From Candidatus Thorarchaeota archaeon (GTDB taxonomy: Archaea > Asgardarchaeota > Thorarchaeia > Thorarchaeales > Thorarchaeaceae): DNA of 64,000 bases. The stretch spans positions 43,776 through 107,775 of the forward strand of contig JAWAQK010000001.1 of NCBI GenBank assembly GCA_038893995.1. The letters are read 5' to 3'. Made by a program: the position numbers and the translations under genes. Below are positions 34,395 to 43,820 of this stretch, one piece after another. The notes below the pieces were generated by a model. It was not told the origin of the DNA, searched no databases, and was given only the letters and a program-made list of their open reading frames with translations. The stretch's first letter is position 1, and every line of letters starts with the position of its first letter.

Positions 34395-35756
34395 TCAGGT
34401 CAGATAGGACTTCTCAGGAGGAGAATCGATGCACTTCAGACTACCTTCGGGCAGCCCCCTGGCTAGGTGCTCAGCAACATCCTTGCTGAGGATGACCTCA
34501 ACAAGAATCTGATCCTCGCCGAACTCCTCTCGCTCAATCCGAGCGACCTCATGAATCCACGACAACAACCTCATGCCCTCAGAGCCATATGGGAGGGTCA
34601 CCACAAATCTCTGTTCGGAGGGAAGCATCGATATGATCTGATCGATCAGAAGATCGATGTTGTGACCAGTCTTCGCTGACACCGGTACCACTTCTCTCGA
34701 GAAATGGCTGAGCAGTTGTAATCGGTCGGGCACTAGGGCGGGGTCTATCATATCGATCTTGTTGAGTACGATTGCCAGGTTCGGTGTGAGGACTCCGATC
34801 GACTCGAGTGTTGAGAAACATGCCTCCGTCTTTCGGACCATCTCGTTCGAGGGCTCCGAACCATCAACAACGAGCAGGACCACATCTGCAGTTCCGATCT
34901 CCCTCAGGGTCGTGTTGAATGCCTGAAGTAGGGAACGAGGGAGATCGCTCACAAAACCGACGGAGTCTGTGACCACAATGTTCCTTCCTGTGACACTCAT
35001 CCTCGACGTCTTTGTCGACAGCGTGGTGAACATCTGGTCACTCACTTCAGCATCAGACTGTGTCAGAGCCCTATGCAATGTACTCTTGCCCGCGTTGGTA
35101 TAGCCTGCGAGTGCTACCTCGTAGTATCCCTCACGGATCCGCTTCTTTCTCTTCAGATCCTCTGCATCCGAGATCGTTCTGAGCTTGTCTCTTATGATGG
35201 CGATACGCCTTCTGACCTCCATCATCCTGAGGTTGAGAATGTCTTCACCGGCACCTACCTGCTGCCCAACCGGACGAGCACCTGTATGCTCCCTCTGCAG
35301 ACGTTTCCGCAGCTGGTGACGGATGAAGGGCAGTTCATATCTCAGCCGGGCCTCCTCGATCTGAAGCTTCGCCTGGGGTGTCCTCGCGTGGAGATCAAAG
35401 ATCTCGAGGATGACCTGACCCCTGTTCCGGACATCAGTCTTCCACGCTCTCATAAGACGATACATCTGGCTTGATGTGAGATCCGGAGACACTAACACTA
35501 CGTCCACCTCGTTGTTCCTGATGTACTCTCCAATCTCATCCACCTTACCAGCACCAATTCCGTACCTCGTCTGATGTCGGCCCACTATGTCAAACCGACC
35601 TACCACGTCGTACCCTGCTGTCGATGCAAGTGCCTCAAACTCAGCAAGTAGATTCTCCGAGGCAGGGTTCCTGCGCTGTATGATGATGGCTCTCTGTCGT
35701 TCCACACGGAACGGACCCATGGATACTGTCTTAAGTAGTTCGGGCCGGGACACCAC
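34395..35756 (-). CDS. hflX: GTPase HflX.
   Basis: HflX N-terminal domain. G-domain VALAGYTNAGKSTL...DSVGF...LNKID. 453 aa. Confidence 0.8.
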   Translation of the reverse strand: MVSRPELLKTVSMGPFRVERQRAIIIQRRNPASENLLAEFEALASTAGYDVVGRFDIVGRHQTRYGIGAGKVDEIGEYIRNNEVDVVLVSPDLTSSQMYRLMRAWKTDVRNRGQVILEIFDLHARTPQAKLQIEEARLRYELPFIRHQLRKRLQREHTGARPVGQQVGAGEDILNLRMMEVRRRIAIIRDKLRTISDAEDLKRKKRIREGYYEVALAGYTNAGKSTLHRALTQSDAEVSDQMFTTLSTKTSRMSVTGRNIVVTDSVGFVSDLPRSLLQAFNTTLREIGTADVVLLVVDGSEPSNEMVRKTEACFSTLESIGVLTPNLAIVLNKIDMIDPALVPDRLQLLSHFSREVVPVSAKTGHNIDLLIDQIISMLPSEQRFVVTLPYGSEGMRLLSWIHEVARIEREEFGEDQILVEVILSKDVAEHLARGLPEGSLKCIDSPPEKSYLT

Positions 35757-35821
35757 AGTTCACCGTGAGAGAATACTACTGAGATTCATGAGACCCCCAA
35801 GACCTGCAAGGGGATAGGAAG

Positions 35822-37879
35822 ATGGATGTCTTCGAGTTGAGGGACCGAGATGGTCTTGCCAGACTTGGCCGACTGATCACAAGACACGGGACTGTGACAA
35901 CACCTCTCCTGATGCCGGTGGTACATCCCGGGAAGTCGACCGTCACTGCACAGGAACTGCGAAGCGAGTTTGGATTCGAGATGGTGATAGCCAACTCGTT
36001 CATAATCCGGTCTCGGCCGGAATATAGGGACGTCGCGCTCGAGAGAGGAATACATGCCCTGCTAGACTTCAACGGGCCGGTGATGACTGACTCAGGAACG
36101 TTCCAGATGTACTATCATTCGCTGCCTCGTGAGACTATCGACCCCATCGAGATCGTCAGATTTCAACGGAGCATCGGGACGGACATTGGTACGATACTTG
36201 ACGTGTTCTCAAGACCCGACGCAGGAAGAGAGAAGATCGAGGAGGACGTCAGGACATCAGTTGAGAGGGCGAGGAGGTCGGTTGGGGAAAAGGGAGACAT
36301 GCTCCTGGCAGGAACAGTGCAGGGAGGGGCCTACACTGACCTGAGAGAGGCATGCGCACGAGAGCTCGCCTCAATGGACTTTGATCTACACCCAATCGGC
36401 GGGGCAGTACCACTCATGGAGAGTTACCGGTATTCAGACATTGTCAGGGTCGTCCTTGCCGCAAAGAGGAATCTCCCAGCTAACCGGCCCGTACATCTGT
36501 TTGGGTGTGGACACCCGATGTTCCTGGCTCTCGCAGTGGCCCTGGGATGCGATCTGTTTGACTCGGCGTCATATGCTAAGTTTGCAGAGGACGGAAGACT
36601 ACTCCTACCAAGTGGTACTGTGCATCTGGACGACCTGAATGAGATGCCCTGCGAATGCAAGATATGCTCAAGCACGACACCTGAGGAGATCAGACGACTG
36701 GAGAGGGACCAGCGCGAAGACATGATCACTCGACACAACCTCTACGTCATGGCCGCCGAGATGAGGAGAGTACGGCAGGCGGTCCGAGAAGAGAAGATAC
36801 TCGAGCTTGCAGCGCTCAGGGCGAGGTCGCATCCTCGGCTAATCGAGGCGCTGATGCAGCTGCTCAACCACGCAGACCAGATCGAGGCTGAGGACCCCGT
36901 GGGGAAGACTGCATCGGTGTTCTACACAGGACCTGAGACCGCCCTTCATCCCTCACTGTACCGCTTTCACAAGAGGGTACTCGAGAGGTATCCGTATCTC
37001 GAAACGGACACCTTGCTCCTAGTCCCAGACATGGGGTACGTTCCATTCTCAGAGTCCAATCCGACAATCGAAAGTCTGGCCGGCACTCACACCCCCGAGG
37101 AGCTCATCGTGGTGTATGTGACTCCCATTGGTGTTGTCCCGTGGGAGTACGGACAGGTCTATCCGGCCCAGCAGTGCGTCTTCGGGAGGATGCTAGATAC
37201 AGATACCCTTGATACGGTGGCCAGGAGAACAAGTCAGTTTGTTGATACTGTGACCTGCCGCCGTGTCGTGTGGGTTCAGAGAGAGCATGTAGTTGACTCG
37301 GTGCGTCAGAGGATGAAATGGTCTGTCGAGCCAGATACGATCAGTCCATCGGACCTGTCGAAAGATCTGGTACCGGAGGCAGAGGGTCGTGAGAAACTTG
37401 CCGTGGAGCGAACTCTGAAGGCCCTGTTTCGATACCAATGGGGGGTCGATATCACGCGGGCAATTCCCATAGAGCAGATGAGGTGCGAATTCTCGAGGCG
37501 CACAGGCAAGATGAGACATCTGTTCCACGGGGAAGAATTGCTCTTCACGATTGTCCCCACCACAGGTCTCATGACGCCAACTGTTCGAGGTGCGCAGGTG
37601 CTCCTCGATGCAGGCATCGGCGACGATTACCGAGTTGTAGTATCTGACGAGGCAGCACCCTTCATCCGACAGGGAAAGTCAGTGATTGCCAAGTTCGTCA
37701 TGAGGGCCGGTACTGACCTGAGGCCTGGCGAGGAGGTGCTGATCCTCGATCAGGACGGAAATCTGCTTGGAACCGGACCTGCACTGTTGAGTGGCCGAGA
37801 GATGTTGACGTTCAAGAGGGGAGTGGCTGTAAATACTAGGCACCAGCAGAGGCAGCAGCCTGCGATGAGTGACGCGTAA
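35822..37879 (+). CDS. tgtA: Archaeosine tRNA-guanine transglycosylase (ArcTGT) with C-terminal PUA-type domains.
   Basis: TIM-barrel TGT core (VMTDSGTFQMY, GGAVPLM, CxCxxC Zn site CECKICS). 685 aa, the long C-terminal extension is typical of archaeal TgtA. Confidence 0.85.
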   Translation: MDVFELRDRDGLARLGRLITRHGTVTTPLLMPVVHPGKSTVTAQELRSEFGFEMVIANSFIIRSRPEYRDVALERGIHALLDFNGPVMTDSGTFQMYYHSLPRETIDPIEIVRFQRSIGTDIGTILDVFSRPDAGREKIEEDVRTSVERARRSVGEKGDMLLAGTVQGGAYTDLREACARELASMDFDLHPIGGAVPLMESYRYSDIVRVVLAAKRNLPANRPVHLFGCGHPMFLALAVALGCDLFDSASYAKFAEDGRLLLPSGTVHLDDLNEMPCECKICSSTTPEEIRRLERDQREDMITRHNLYVMAAEMRRVRQAVREEKILELAALRARSHPRLIEALMQLLNHADQIEAEDPVGKTASVFYTGPETALHPSLYRFHKRVLERYPYLETDTLLLVPDMGYVPFSESNPTIESLAGTHTPEELIVVYVTPIGVVPWEYGQVYPAQQCVFGRMLDTDTLDTVARRTSQFVDTVTCRRVVWVQREHVVDSVRQRMKWSVEPDTISPSDLSKDLVPEAEGREKLAVERTLKALFRYQWGVDITRAIPIEQMRCEFSRRTGKMRHLFHGEELLFTIVPTTGLMTPTVRGAQVLLDAGIGDDYRVVVSDEAAPFIRQGKSVIAKFVMRAGTDLRPGEEVLILDQDGNLLGTGPALLSGREMLTFKRGVAVNTRHQQRQQPAMSDA

Positions 37880-38996
37880 GTGGGTGGCCCCGAACTCTCT
37901 TCAGGGCCTCAACACCGCCCGTAGGAAGCACCATCACGTTCGAGGGTGAAACAAACAAGTGAAGGGTGTCTCCGGCATTGACTGTACTATGAGGAGGCAA
38001 CAGGGCCTGAGCACTCACATCACCGACATTGAAGTAGACCTCAAGTGAGTTGCCAACAAAGATCGTTCGACTGACTGTGCCGATAATCTCGTTGTCCTCA
38101 GGACTCTGACGAGACATCGACATGGCCTCGGGTCGGATTGCACAGATCGCCGACTCGCCTATCTCGAATGGATAACCGGTGACTGTCGATCTCCCCCGGA
38201 CCTCCTGTCTGGCTGAGAGTTGAACAACAGTCCAGTCACCGATCGAAGATATGGAGCCTCTCAGTAGCGTGCATTTTCCTATGAAGTCGGCCACAAACAC
38301 AGTCTGCGGATTCAGGTATATCTGCCGAGGCGTGTCAAACTGCTGCACATATCCACGGTCCATCACAGCAACTCGGTCAGAGATGCTGAGCGCCTCGTGC
38401 TGATCGTGAGTCACGTAGACGGTGGTGATAGACAGTTCCTTCTGGATACGCACTATCTCCTCTCGCATGTCACTACGCAGCTTGGCATCGAGATTTGAGA
38501 GCGGTTCGTCGAGTAGAAGGACTGCGGGCTCTATCACAAGTGCGCGGGCCAGTGCGACCCTCTGTTGTTGACCACCAGATAGTTGGTGAATATGTCGATT
38601 CTCAAGACCCTCGAGCCGGACTAGGGCGAGCGTCTGGGAAACACGTCTGTGGATGGCACTGGCGGTATACTTCATTCCATTGATGCGCTTCAACTTGAGA
38701 CCATATGCTACGTTTTCGAACACAGACATGTGTGGCCAGAGGGCATAGTTCTGGAAGCACATGCCCGTGTTTCGTTTGTGAGGGGGTAGCTCAGTCACAT
38801 CACGGTCGTCAAAGTAGATCTTACCGGAATCAGGGCGATAGAATCCTGCGATAAGCCGAAGTAGCGTGGTCTTGCCACATCCAGATGGACCAAGCAAGGT
38901 CGATAGTTCGCCCTCCCTGAGGACGAGATTGACCTCATCAGTGGCGACCACGTTGCCGAATGTCTTTCGGAGATTCTCCAGACGTATCTCAACCAT
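37836..38996 (-). CDS. ABC transporter ATP-binding protein with a C-terminal TOBE domain (Fe3+/spermidine/thiamine importer type).
   Basis: Walker A GPSGCGKTT. Signature LSGGQQQRVALARA. Walker B LLLDEPLSNLD. 386 aa. Confidence 0.85.
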   Translation of the reverse strand: MVEIRLENLRKTFGNVVATDEVNLVLREGELSTLLGPSGCGKTTLLRLIAGFYRPDSGKIYFDDRDVTELPPHKRNTGMCFQNYALWPHMSVFENVAYGLKLKRINGMKYTASAIHRRVSQTLALVRLEGLENRHIHQLSGGQQQRVALARALVIEPAVLLLDEPLSNLDAKLRSDMREEIVRIQKELSITTVYVTHDQHEALSISDRVAVMDRGYVQQFDTPRQIYLNPQTVFVADFIGKCTLLRGSISSIGDWTVVQLSARQEVRGRSTVTGYPFEIGESAICAIRPEAMSMSRQSPEDNEIIGTVSRTIFVGNSLEVYFNVGDVSAQALLPPHSTVNAGDTLHLFVSPSNVMVLPTGGVEALKRVRGHPLTRHSSQAAASAGA

Positions 38997-39005
38997 AGTG
39001 ACACC

Positions 39006-40919
39006 TCATATACCCGTCATTGCAGATGTCCTAGTACCCAGTATCTTGGTGGTCACTGCGATTACTGCCATCTGCATGGACATCATGAGCGTTCCTAGGC
39101 ACGCCGCATTAAACGGACCACCATAACGTCCTGTGGCATACAGGATCTCTCTGGTCCAGAACGTCATTGGGGCAAACTCGTGTCCGAGACTGCCCAGAAT
39201 CAGGCTAGTACTTACTTCACTGACTGAGTACACGAACGACAGCAACGCACCTGCCAAGACATTGACCCCTATCAGGGGGAGTGTTATCCGAAGGAATGTC
39301 TGACTCTTGCTTACTCCGACACTCTGTGACGCTTCCTCGAGTGAGACAGGCGTAGAACGTAGACCCGCATATGCAGCCCGGACCGTGAATGGAAACTTCC
39401 TCACTGTGTAGGACCACACGAGCAGAAAGGCAGGACCGGGCCAGCCCTGTGCGGGAAAGAACGGGGTATTATAGAAGAGTGTGAAGTAGCCAGTTGCAAT
39501 GACGATCCCGGGCAGTGCGACTGGGGATGTGACAAGCAGATCAAGAATGGTCCGACCAGGAATGTCTTTTCGGACTATGATGTAGGCGGCCCCGGTGCCC
39601 AGTAATGATATCATTGCTGTTGCAATGAGACCATACAACAGAGTTAGCAGTATAGAGTTCCTGACGTCCGGATAGGCCCAAAGCACAGAATAGTTGTCTA
39701 GGGTCCAAGCATCGGGGAGCACGGCATTAGTGGACCAATAGCTCGTCAGAGACAGGACTATGACGCTCATCTGAGGGATCAACGCGAGAAACAGCAACGG
39801 GATGAGCACTGCGTAGAGAATGATGGTCGATCTACGAGAGAGCCTTCGGACTCGAGGATTCCACTGACCCCCCTTGGTGCCAGACTCGTAGGACCTCAAC
39901 GAGGCGTATCGTCGGATGGCTATAAAACCTGCAAGTGCAAAGGTGAGCAGGATGACACCGATGGCGGGTCCCACGGGGTTGATCGTGCCCGCCTGGGTCG
40001 CGATGCTGCTGAACACCTGAAACGACAGAGTCTTTTGCGCCTGTAGGTTCTCGTAGTACACTATCGGTCCGCCGAGGTCTTCCAGGCTGATGATAAAGGT
40101 GAGAATTGCACCAGCCTGAATGCCAGGCATGGCCAGCGGGAGGGTGACCGAACGAAATAGCTTGAAGCCAGTTGCCCCGAGATTCTCTGCCTGTTCCTCT
40201 AGTGAGGGGTCGATGCTCATGAAGGATGAATATGCATTGAGATAGACTAGAGCAAAGAGCGACAGCGACTGAACGAAGATTATGGCGGCGAGACCCTGCA
40301 GCTGTATCCTGGGGGGAGTCTCGATTGCGAGCCAGGGAAGGGTCGTCTGTAGCCAGGAAACAATGGCTCTTGCCGCGTTATTGAAGAAGCCATGTGTACC
40401 CATGAAGTACTTTACACCTATAGCACCTACGAAGGGAGTGGCCAGGATTGGGAATATCAAAACAGTGCGGAGTACTCTCTTGCCGGGGAAATCGTAACGA
40501 GCCATGACGAACGCGAGGAAAACACCAATGATGACAGCGAAGAATGTCACGAATGTGGCGACATATAGTGAGTTGAGTATGGCACCAAGGTCCCAGCCTC
40601 GAATGACAATCGTTTCCGGTCCTACCACGATCGTTTCCAGATTAATATAGAACACCCAGCCTGAGTTGGGATCATACTGAAAGGGCCAGATATTGGAGTT
40701 CTGGAAAAGAGACTGAAAATGTATCAACGATGGCAGTCCTGTACTCTGGTCAGTGAAAGAGAATCGGATGACATCAGCAAGCGGCAGCACGAGGAACAGA
40801 CCAAATGCAATGAGTACAGCTGCAAGCTGAACAGTAGACAACATGTCTAGTTCTGCCCGGAGCTTGACAAACATTCCACGAATTGCTGCAGCAGGGTTTC
40901 TTGAGCGCCACGCCACCAT
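39006..40919 (-). CDS. ABC transporter permease with fused double TMD (FbpB/ThiP-like).
   Basis: Two repeats of the permease EAA-like region (LEEQAENLGATGFKLFRSVTLPL and LEEASQSVGVSKSQTFLRITLPL) and about 12 TM helices. The start is uncertain: the longest ORF start is 41174, and internal Mets at 40970, 40919 and 40874 lie after the SBP stop at 41108. Confidence 0.7.
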   Translation of the reverse strand: MVAWRSRNPAAAIRGMFVKLRAELDMLSTVQLAAVLIAFGLFLVLPLADVIRFSFTDQSTGLPSLIHFQSLFQNSNIWPFQYDPNSGWVFYINLETIVVGPETIVIRGWDLGAILNSLYVATFVTFFAVIIGVFLAFVMARYDFPGKRVLRTVLIFPILATPFVGAIGVKYFMGTHGFFNNAARAIVSWLQTTLPWLAIETPPRIQLQGLAAIIFVQSLSLFALVYLNAYSSFMSIDPSLEEQAENLGATGFKLFRSVTLPLAMPGIQAGAILTFIISLEDLGGPIVYYENLQAQKTLSFQVFSSIATQAGTINPVGPAIGVILLTFALAGFIAIRRYASLRSYESGTKGGQWNPRVRRLSRRSTIILYAVLIPLLFLALIPQMSVIVLSLTSYWSTNAVLPDAWTLDNYSVLWAYPDVRNSILLTLLYGLIATAMISLLGTGAAYIIVRKDIPGRTILDLLVTSPVALPGIVIATGYFTLFYNTPFFPAQGWPGPAFLLVWSYTVRKFPFTVRAAYAGLRSTPVSLEEASQSVGVSKSQTFLRITLPLIGVNVLAGALLSFVYSVSEVSTSLILGSLGHEFAPMTFWTREILYATGRYGGPFNAACLGTLMMSMQMAVIAVTTKILGTRTSAMTGI

Positions 40920-41107
40920 CTTTGCCCAGTCCCGTGGCCTTGAAACCAGCGATGAGTATGCACGCAGCATCCTCCGCTTGACAAGGGAGGGGAGTGCGCC
41001 CACGGCCTCTCTGACCCTGCCAGGGATGCTGTCTGGGACCAGTTCCGTTTCCTCAGGCTGGTGTCCCGTCCTTTGGTCTGTCGTTCCCGACACACTCCTG
41101 ATAGAGG

Positions 41108-42616
41108 TCACTGAAACAAGGCTTGAACGAGACTCATCACATACTGATACTGGTTCTTTGCGGCAGTCGTCCACCGGCTTGCAACTATTGAGGCATAGGA
41201 TGCATCGTATATCATGTCATGGTTTATTGACCGGGCATACTCCACGGTGAACTTCTCGTCCTTCAAGGTCTTCGGGTCTTGAATCGTGACCGGGGATCCC
41301 ATCAGGCCAGCGTAGTAGTCGACATCGATCAGCGAGATACGACCTTCGAAGTAGGCACTCAATATTGCGGTCCAGCAATTCACGAGCTCAGTGTGAGCAT
41401 GAGTGAACACAGACTGGAAGTACCTAATGAACGCGGAATTGGTCTCGACTGACAGGGTGTCATTGAATTCGATCCCATGTGTCGCTACAGTCCTGTTATA
41501 GGCTGCATAGAGGTCCTGCGCTTCGCTGGCCTCGGGCTCGAGGAATGCCTCCCTGAGAATGGGCATTCTCCGGATGCTCTCGTCAAGCCACAGGACTTGG
41601 CCACGAGGCGACAGTACAAAGTCGATGAAGCCTTCTGCCAGTTCCATCTTTGAGGTCGTAGCGGCTATTGCTATGGGGTCTGCATTGACAATGGTCTGAC
41701 CCTCAGGGACTATGTACTCACAATCGGGATTCCTGTACTGCGTCTGGTAACCATAGAAGTCTATTGACATCGCTATGCCTACCTGTCCAGTCTCGGCAGC
41801 ACTCTGAGTTTCGACCGAGCCTCCGTAGATGTTTGCGCTACCCGCCATCCTCGCCAATGTGATCCATCCAGCATCCCAACCAAGGGCCTGAGTGATGATC
41901 TCGTAGATGCGTGTGTTCGAGGTCGTGTCTGGAGCATTACCCATTGCTATGGTTGCCTGTGAAGGTAGGAGCTTCCCGTAAGTCACATTGGCGAGATCTG
42001 TCCATGTATGGGGAGTGGGAAGACCATACTCGTCGAGAAACGCATGATTCACAGTAAAGCCGAAAGAAGATATTGCAGCGCCAATCCACACGGTCTCGCC
42101 TGCCGTATTGTTTCGCTTCATTACTGAACCGGCGATTGTATTGTTTACGCGGGCTGCGACTTCAAGCATGAGAGGGCTTGTCAGGGGGGCAAGCCTTCCA
42201 TCACGTGCCAATTGATCGAAGAGAGTCGGACCGCCGCCCCAGCATACATCAACCTGTCCGGTGTCGATCAGATCATCCCAGAATTCCTGAGAGGGGGTCC
42301 TCCAGATAATATCTACAAGCCCGTGAGATCGTGCAAACTCTGTCTGCAAGAACGCTGGTTCAAACACATTCTGAATTGAAGTGTCATGCCGCGTCAGGAT
42401 AGTCAGAGTCGTGGTTTGAGTAGTGTCTTCAGCCAGAGGTCCACTGAGTATCACGAGGCCGACTGCAGAAGACACGACAACCAGTGCCGCAATGGCTGCA
42501 ACAAGCTTCGTCTTTGAGGCTGTTTCAAACTCAGACACCTGTACACACACCTCTCTAGGCCATGGGATGATGGAGTCATGTACCTCTGCTCGTAGTCGGA
42601 ATAATAAACCTTTCAC
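41108..42616 (-). CDS. ABC transporter substrate-binding protein (family-1 SBP, iron(III)/thiamine type), membrane-anchored.
   Basis: N-terminal signal/anchor helix LVAAIAALVVVSSAVGLVILSG, then a periplasmic-binding-protein-like sequence. 502 aa. Heads the operon with the permease and ATPase. Confidence 0.7.
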   Translation of the reverse strand: MKGLLFRLRAEVHDSIIPWPREVCVQVSEFETASKTKLVAAIAALVVVSSAVGLVILSGPLAEDTTQTTTLTILTRHDTSIQNVFEPAFLQTEFARSHGLVDIIWRTPSQEFWDDLIDTGQVDVCWGGGPTLFDQLARDGRLAPLTSPLMLEVAARVNNTIAGSVMKRNNTAGETVWIGAAISSFGFTVNHAFLDEYGLPTPHTWTDLANVTYGKLLPSQATIAMGNAPDTTSNTRIYEIITQALGWDAGWITLARMAGSANIYGGSVETQSAAETGQVGIAMSIDFYGYQTQYRNPDCEYIVPEGQTIVNADPIAIAATTSKMELAEGFIDFVLSPRGQVLWLDESIRRMPILREAFLEPEASEAQDLYAAYNRTVATHGIEFNDTLSVETNSAFIRYFQSVFTHAHTELVNCWTAILSAYFEGRISLIDVDYYAGLMGSPVTIQDPKTLKDEKFTVEYARSINHDMIYDASYASIVASRWTTAAKNQYQYVMSLVQALFQ

Positions 42617-42674
42617 AATCGAGCTATAAAGGTTAAATCCAAGCGTTTGATTCGGAAACTACCCAACGAGCCCG

Positions 42675-43751
42675 GTGCTCGAGGAGAGAGACTCCATGAA
42701 TCAGACGAGAGTGAAGAGCATCCTCGCAATGACCATGATATTGATCATGGTCGCTTCCATATTCTATAGCTACTCGATACCGGCCACAGCAAGTGACGTC
42801 ACACCCGGCTACCGTGGGAAGATACTCATCGACTATTCACACGGACAGTTCAAGGAAACGGCTCAGTACCTTGACAATCTTCTTGCGGCTAACCTTACTG
42901 AGATGGGCTTTGAGGTGGTCTTCCTGCGGGGAGGAATTAACAGCACAGTGTTGTCAGACGCAACAGGGCTGATAGTCAGTGGTATATACGAACCGACAAA
43001 CGCCATCTTGCCCGCTGAGGTCGAGGCGATAGCAGCATGGTTCAACGCGGGACACAAGTTCCTGTGGGTCGGTTATGACTCAGACTATCCCACCACAACA
43101 ACAGGCCAGTGGATCCTGGACAACATGACTGCGATACTTGAGGCAGTGGGCTCTCACGTCTACGGAGAACCAACTGCGGTACAGGACCCAGTACTGAACG
43201 CCGGAGCAGCATACAGACCAATCGCCAATGGCACAAGTAACGATCCGGTCGTCGCATCATGTGTGGCAAACGTGGGTCGAGTCCTAGTTCACAGCCCGAC
43301 CATCCTCTATGGCAGCAACAGTCCGACTCCAGGTGAGAACGTCAGTCCAGTGGCGCTTGAGGAGGTACAGATTGAGAATGTATACCCAATCCTGTATCAC
43401 AGCAAGAACGCCACTATAGTCGACAGCGATACCCTGTATCCCTATGCCCACCAGGATGGCCAGAGAGGCGCATTTGTGTCAATGACCCTGGAGCTGAAGG
43501 CAGGTGCAGCCAAGAACGGCGCCATCGTTGTCTCCGGTGCCAACCCCATCGGCTACTACTGGCCAATGACCGCTGACTTCTATTATGGACAACTGAGGCT
43601 GACAGGTTTCAACTTGGTACTCCAGACAATTGACTTTGGCATTACCGAGGCGCTGAAGGTTCAGTTTGACTGGACAACAATCATCGTAATTGGCGGGGTA
43701 GTCGCACTCGTTGTGATCGTTGCAGCTGTAGCGATCAAGCTCAAGAAGTAG
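42675..43751 (+). CDS. Secreted, C-terminally membrane-anchored surface protein with many N-glycosylation sequons (ThuA/DUF4350-like fold suspected).
   Basis: N-terminal signal helix ILAMTMILIMVASIF. C-terminal anchor TIIVIGGVVALVVIVAAVAIKLKK. At least 9 N-x-S/T sequons (NQT, NLT, NST, NMT, NGT, NAT and others). The ILIDYSHGQ region is paralogous to the N-terminus of the next gene. Confidence 0.5.
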   Translation: MLEERDSMNQTRVKSILAMTMILIMVASIFYSYSIPATASDVTPGYRGKILIDYSHGQFKETAQYLDNLLAANLTEMGFEVVFLRGGINSTVLSDATGLIVSGIYEPTNAILPAEVEAIAAWFNAGHKFLWVGYDSDYPTTTTGQWILDNMTAILEAVGSHVYGEPTAVQDPVLNAGAAYRPIANGTSNDPVVASCVANVGRVLVHSPTILYGSNSPTPGENVSPVALEEVQIENVYPILYHSKNATIVDSDTLYPYAHQDGQRGAFVSMTLELKAGAAKNGAIVVSGANPIGYYWPMTADFYYGQLRLTGFNLVLQTIDFGITEALKVQFDWTTIIVIGGVVALVVIVAAVAIKLKK

Positions 43752-43820
43752 AAGAGAATCGCCCGGCAACGGCCGGGCCTCATTTTTCTTTCTTGGTCCC
43801 ATAGGAGAACGAGAATACTT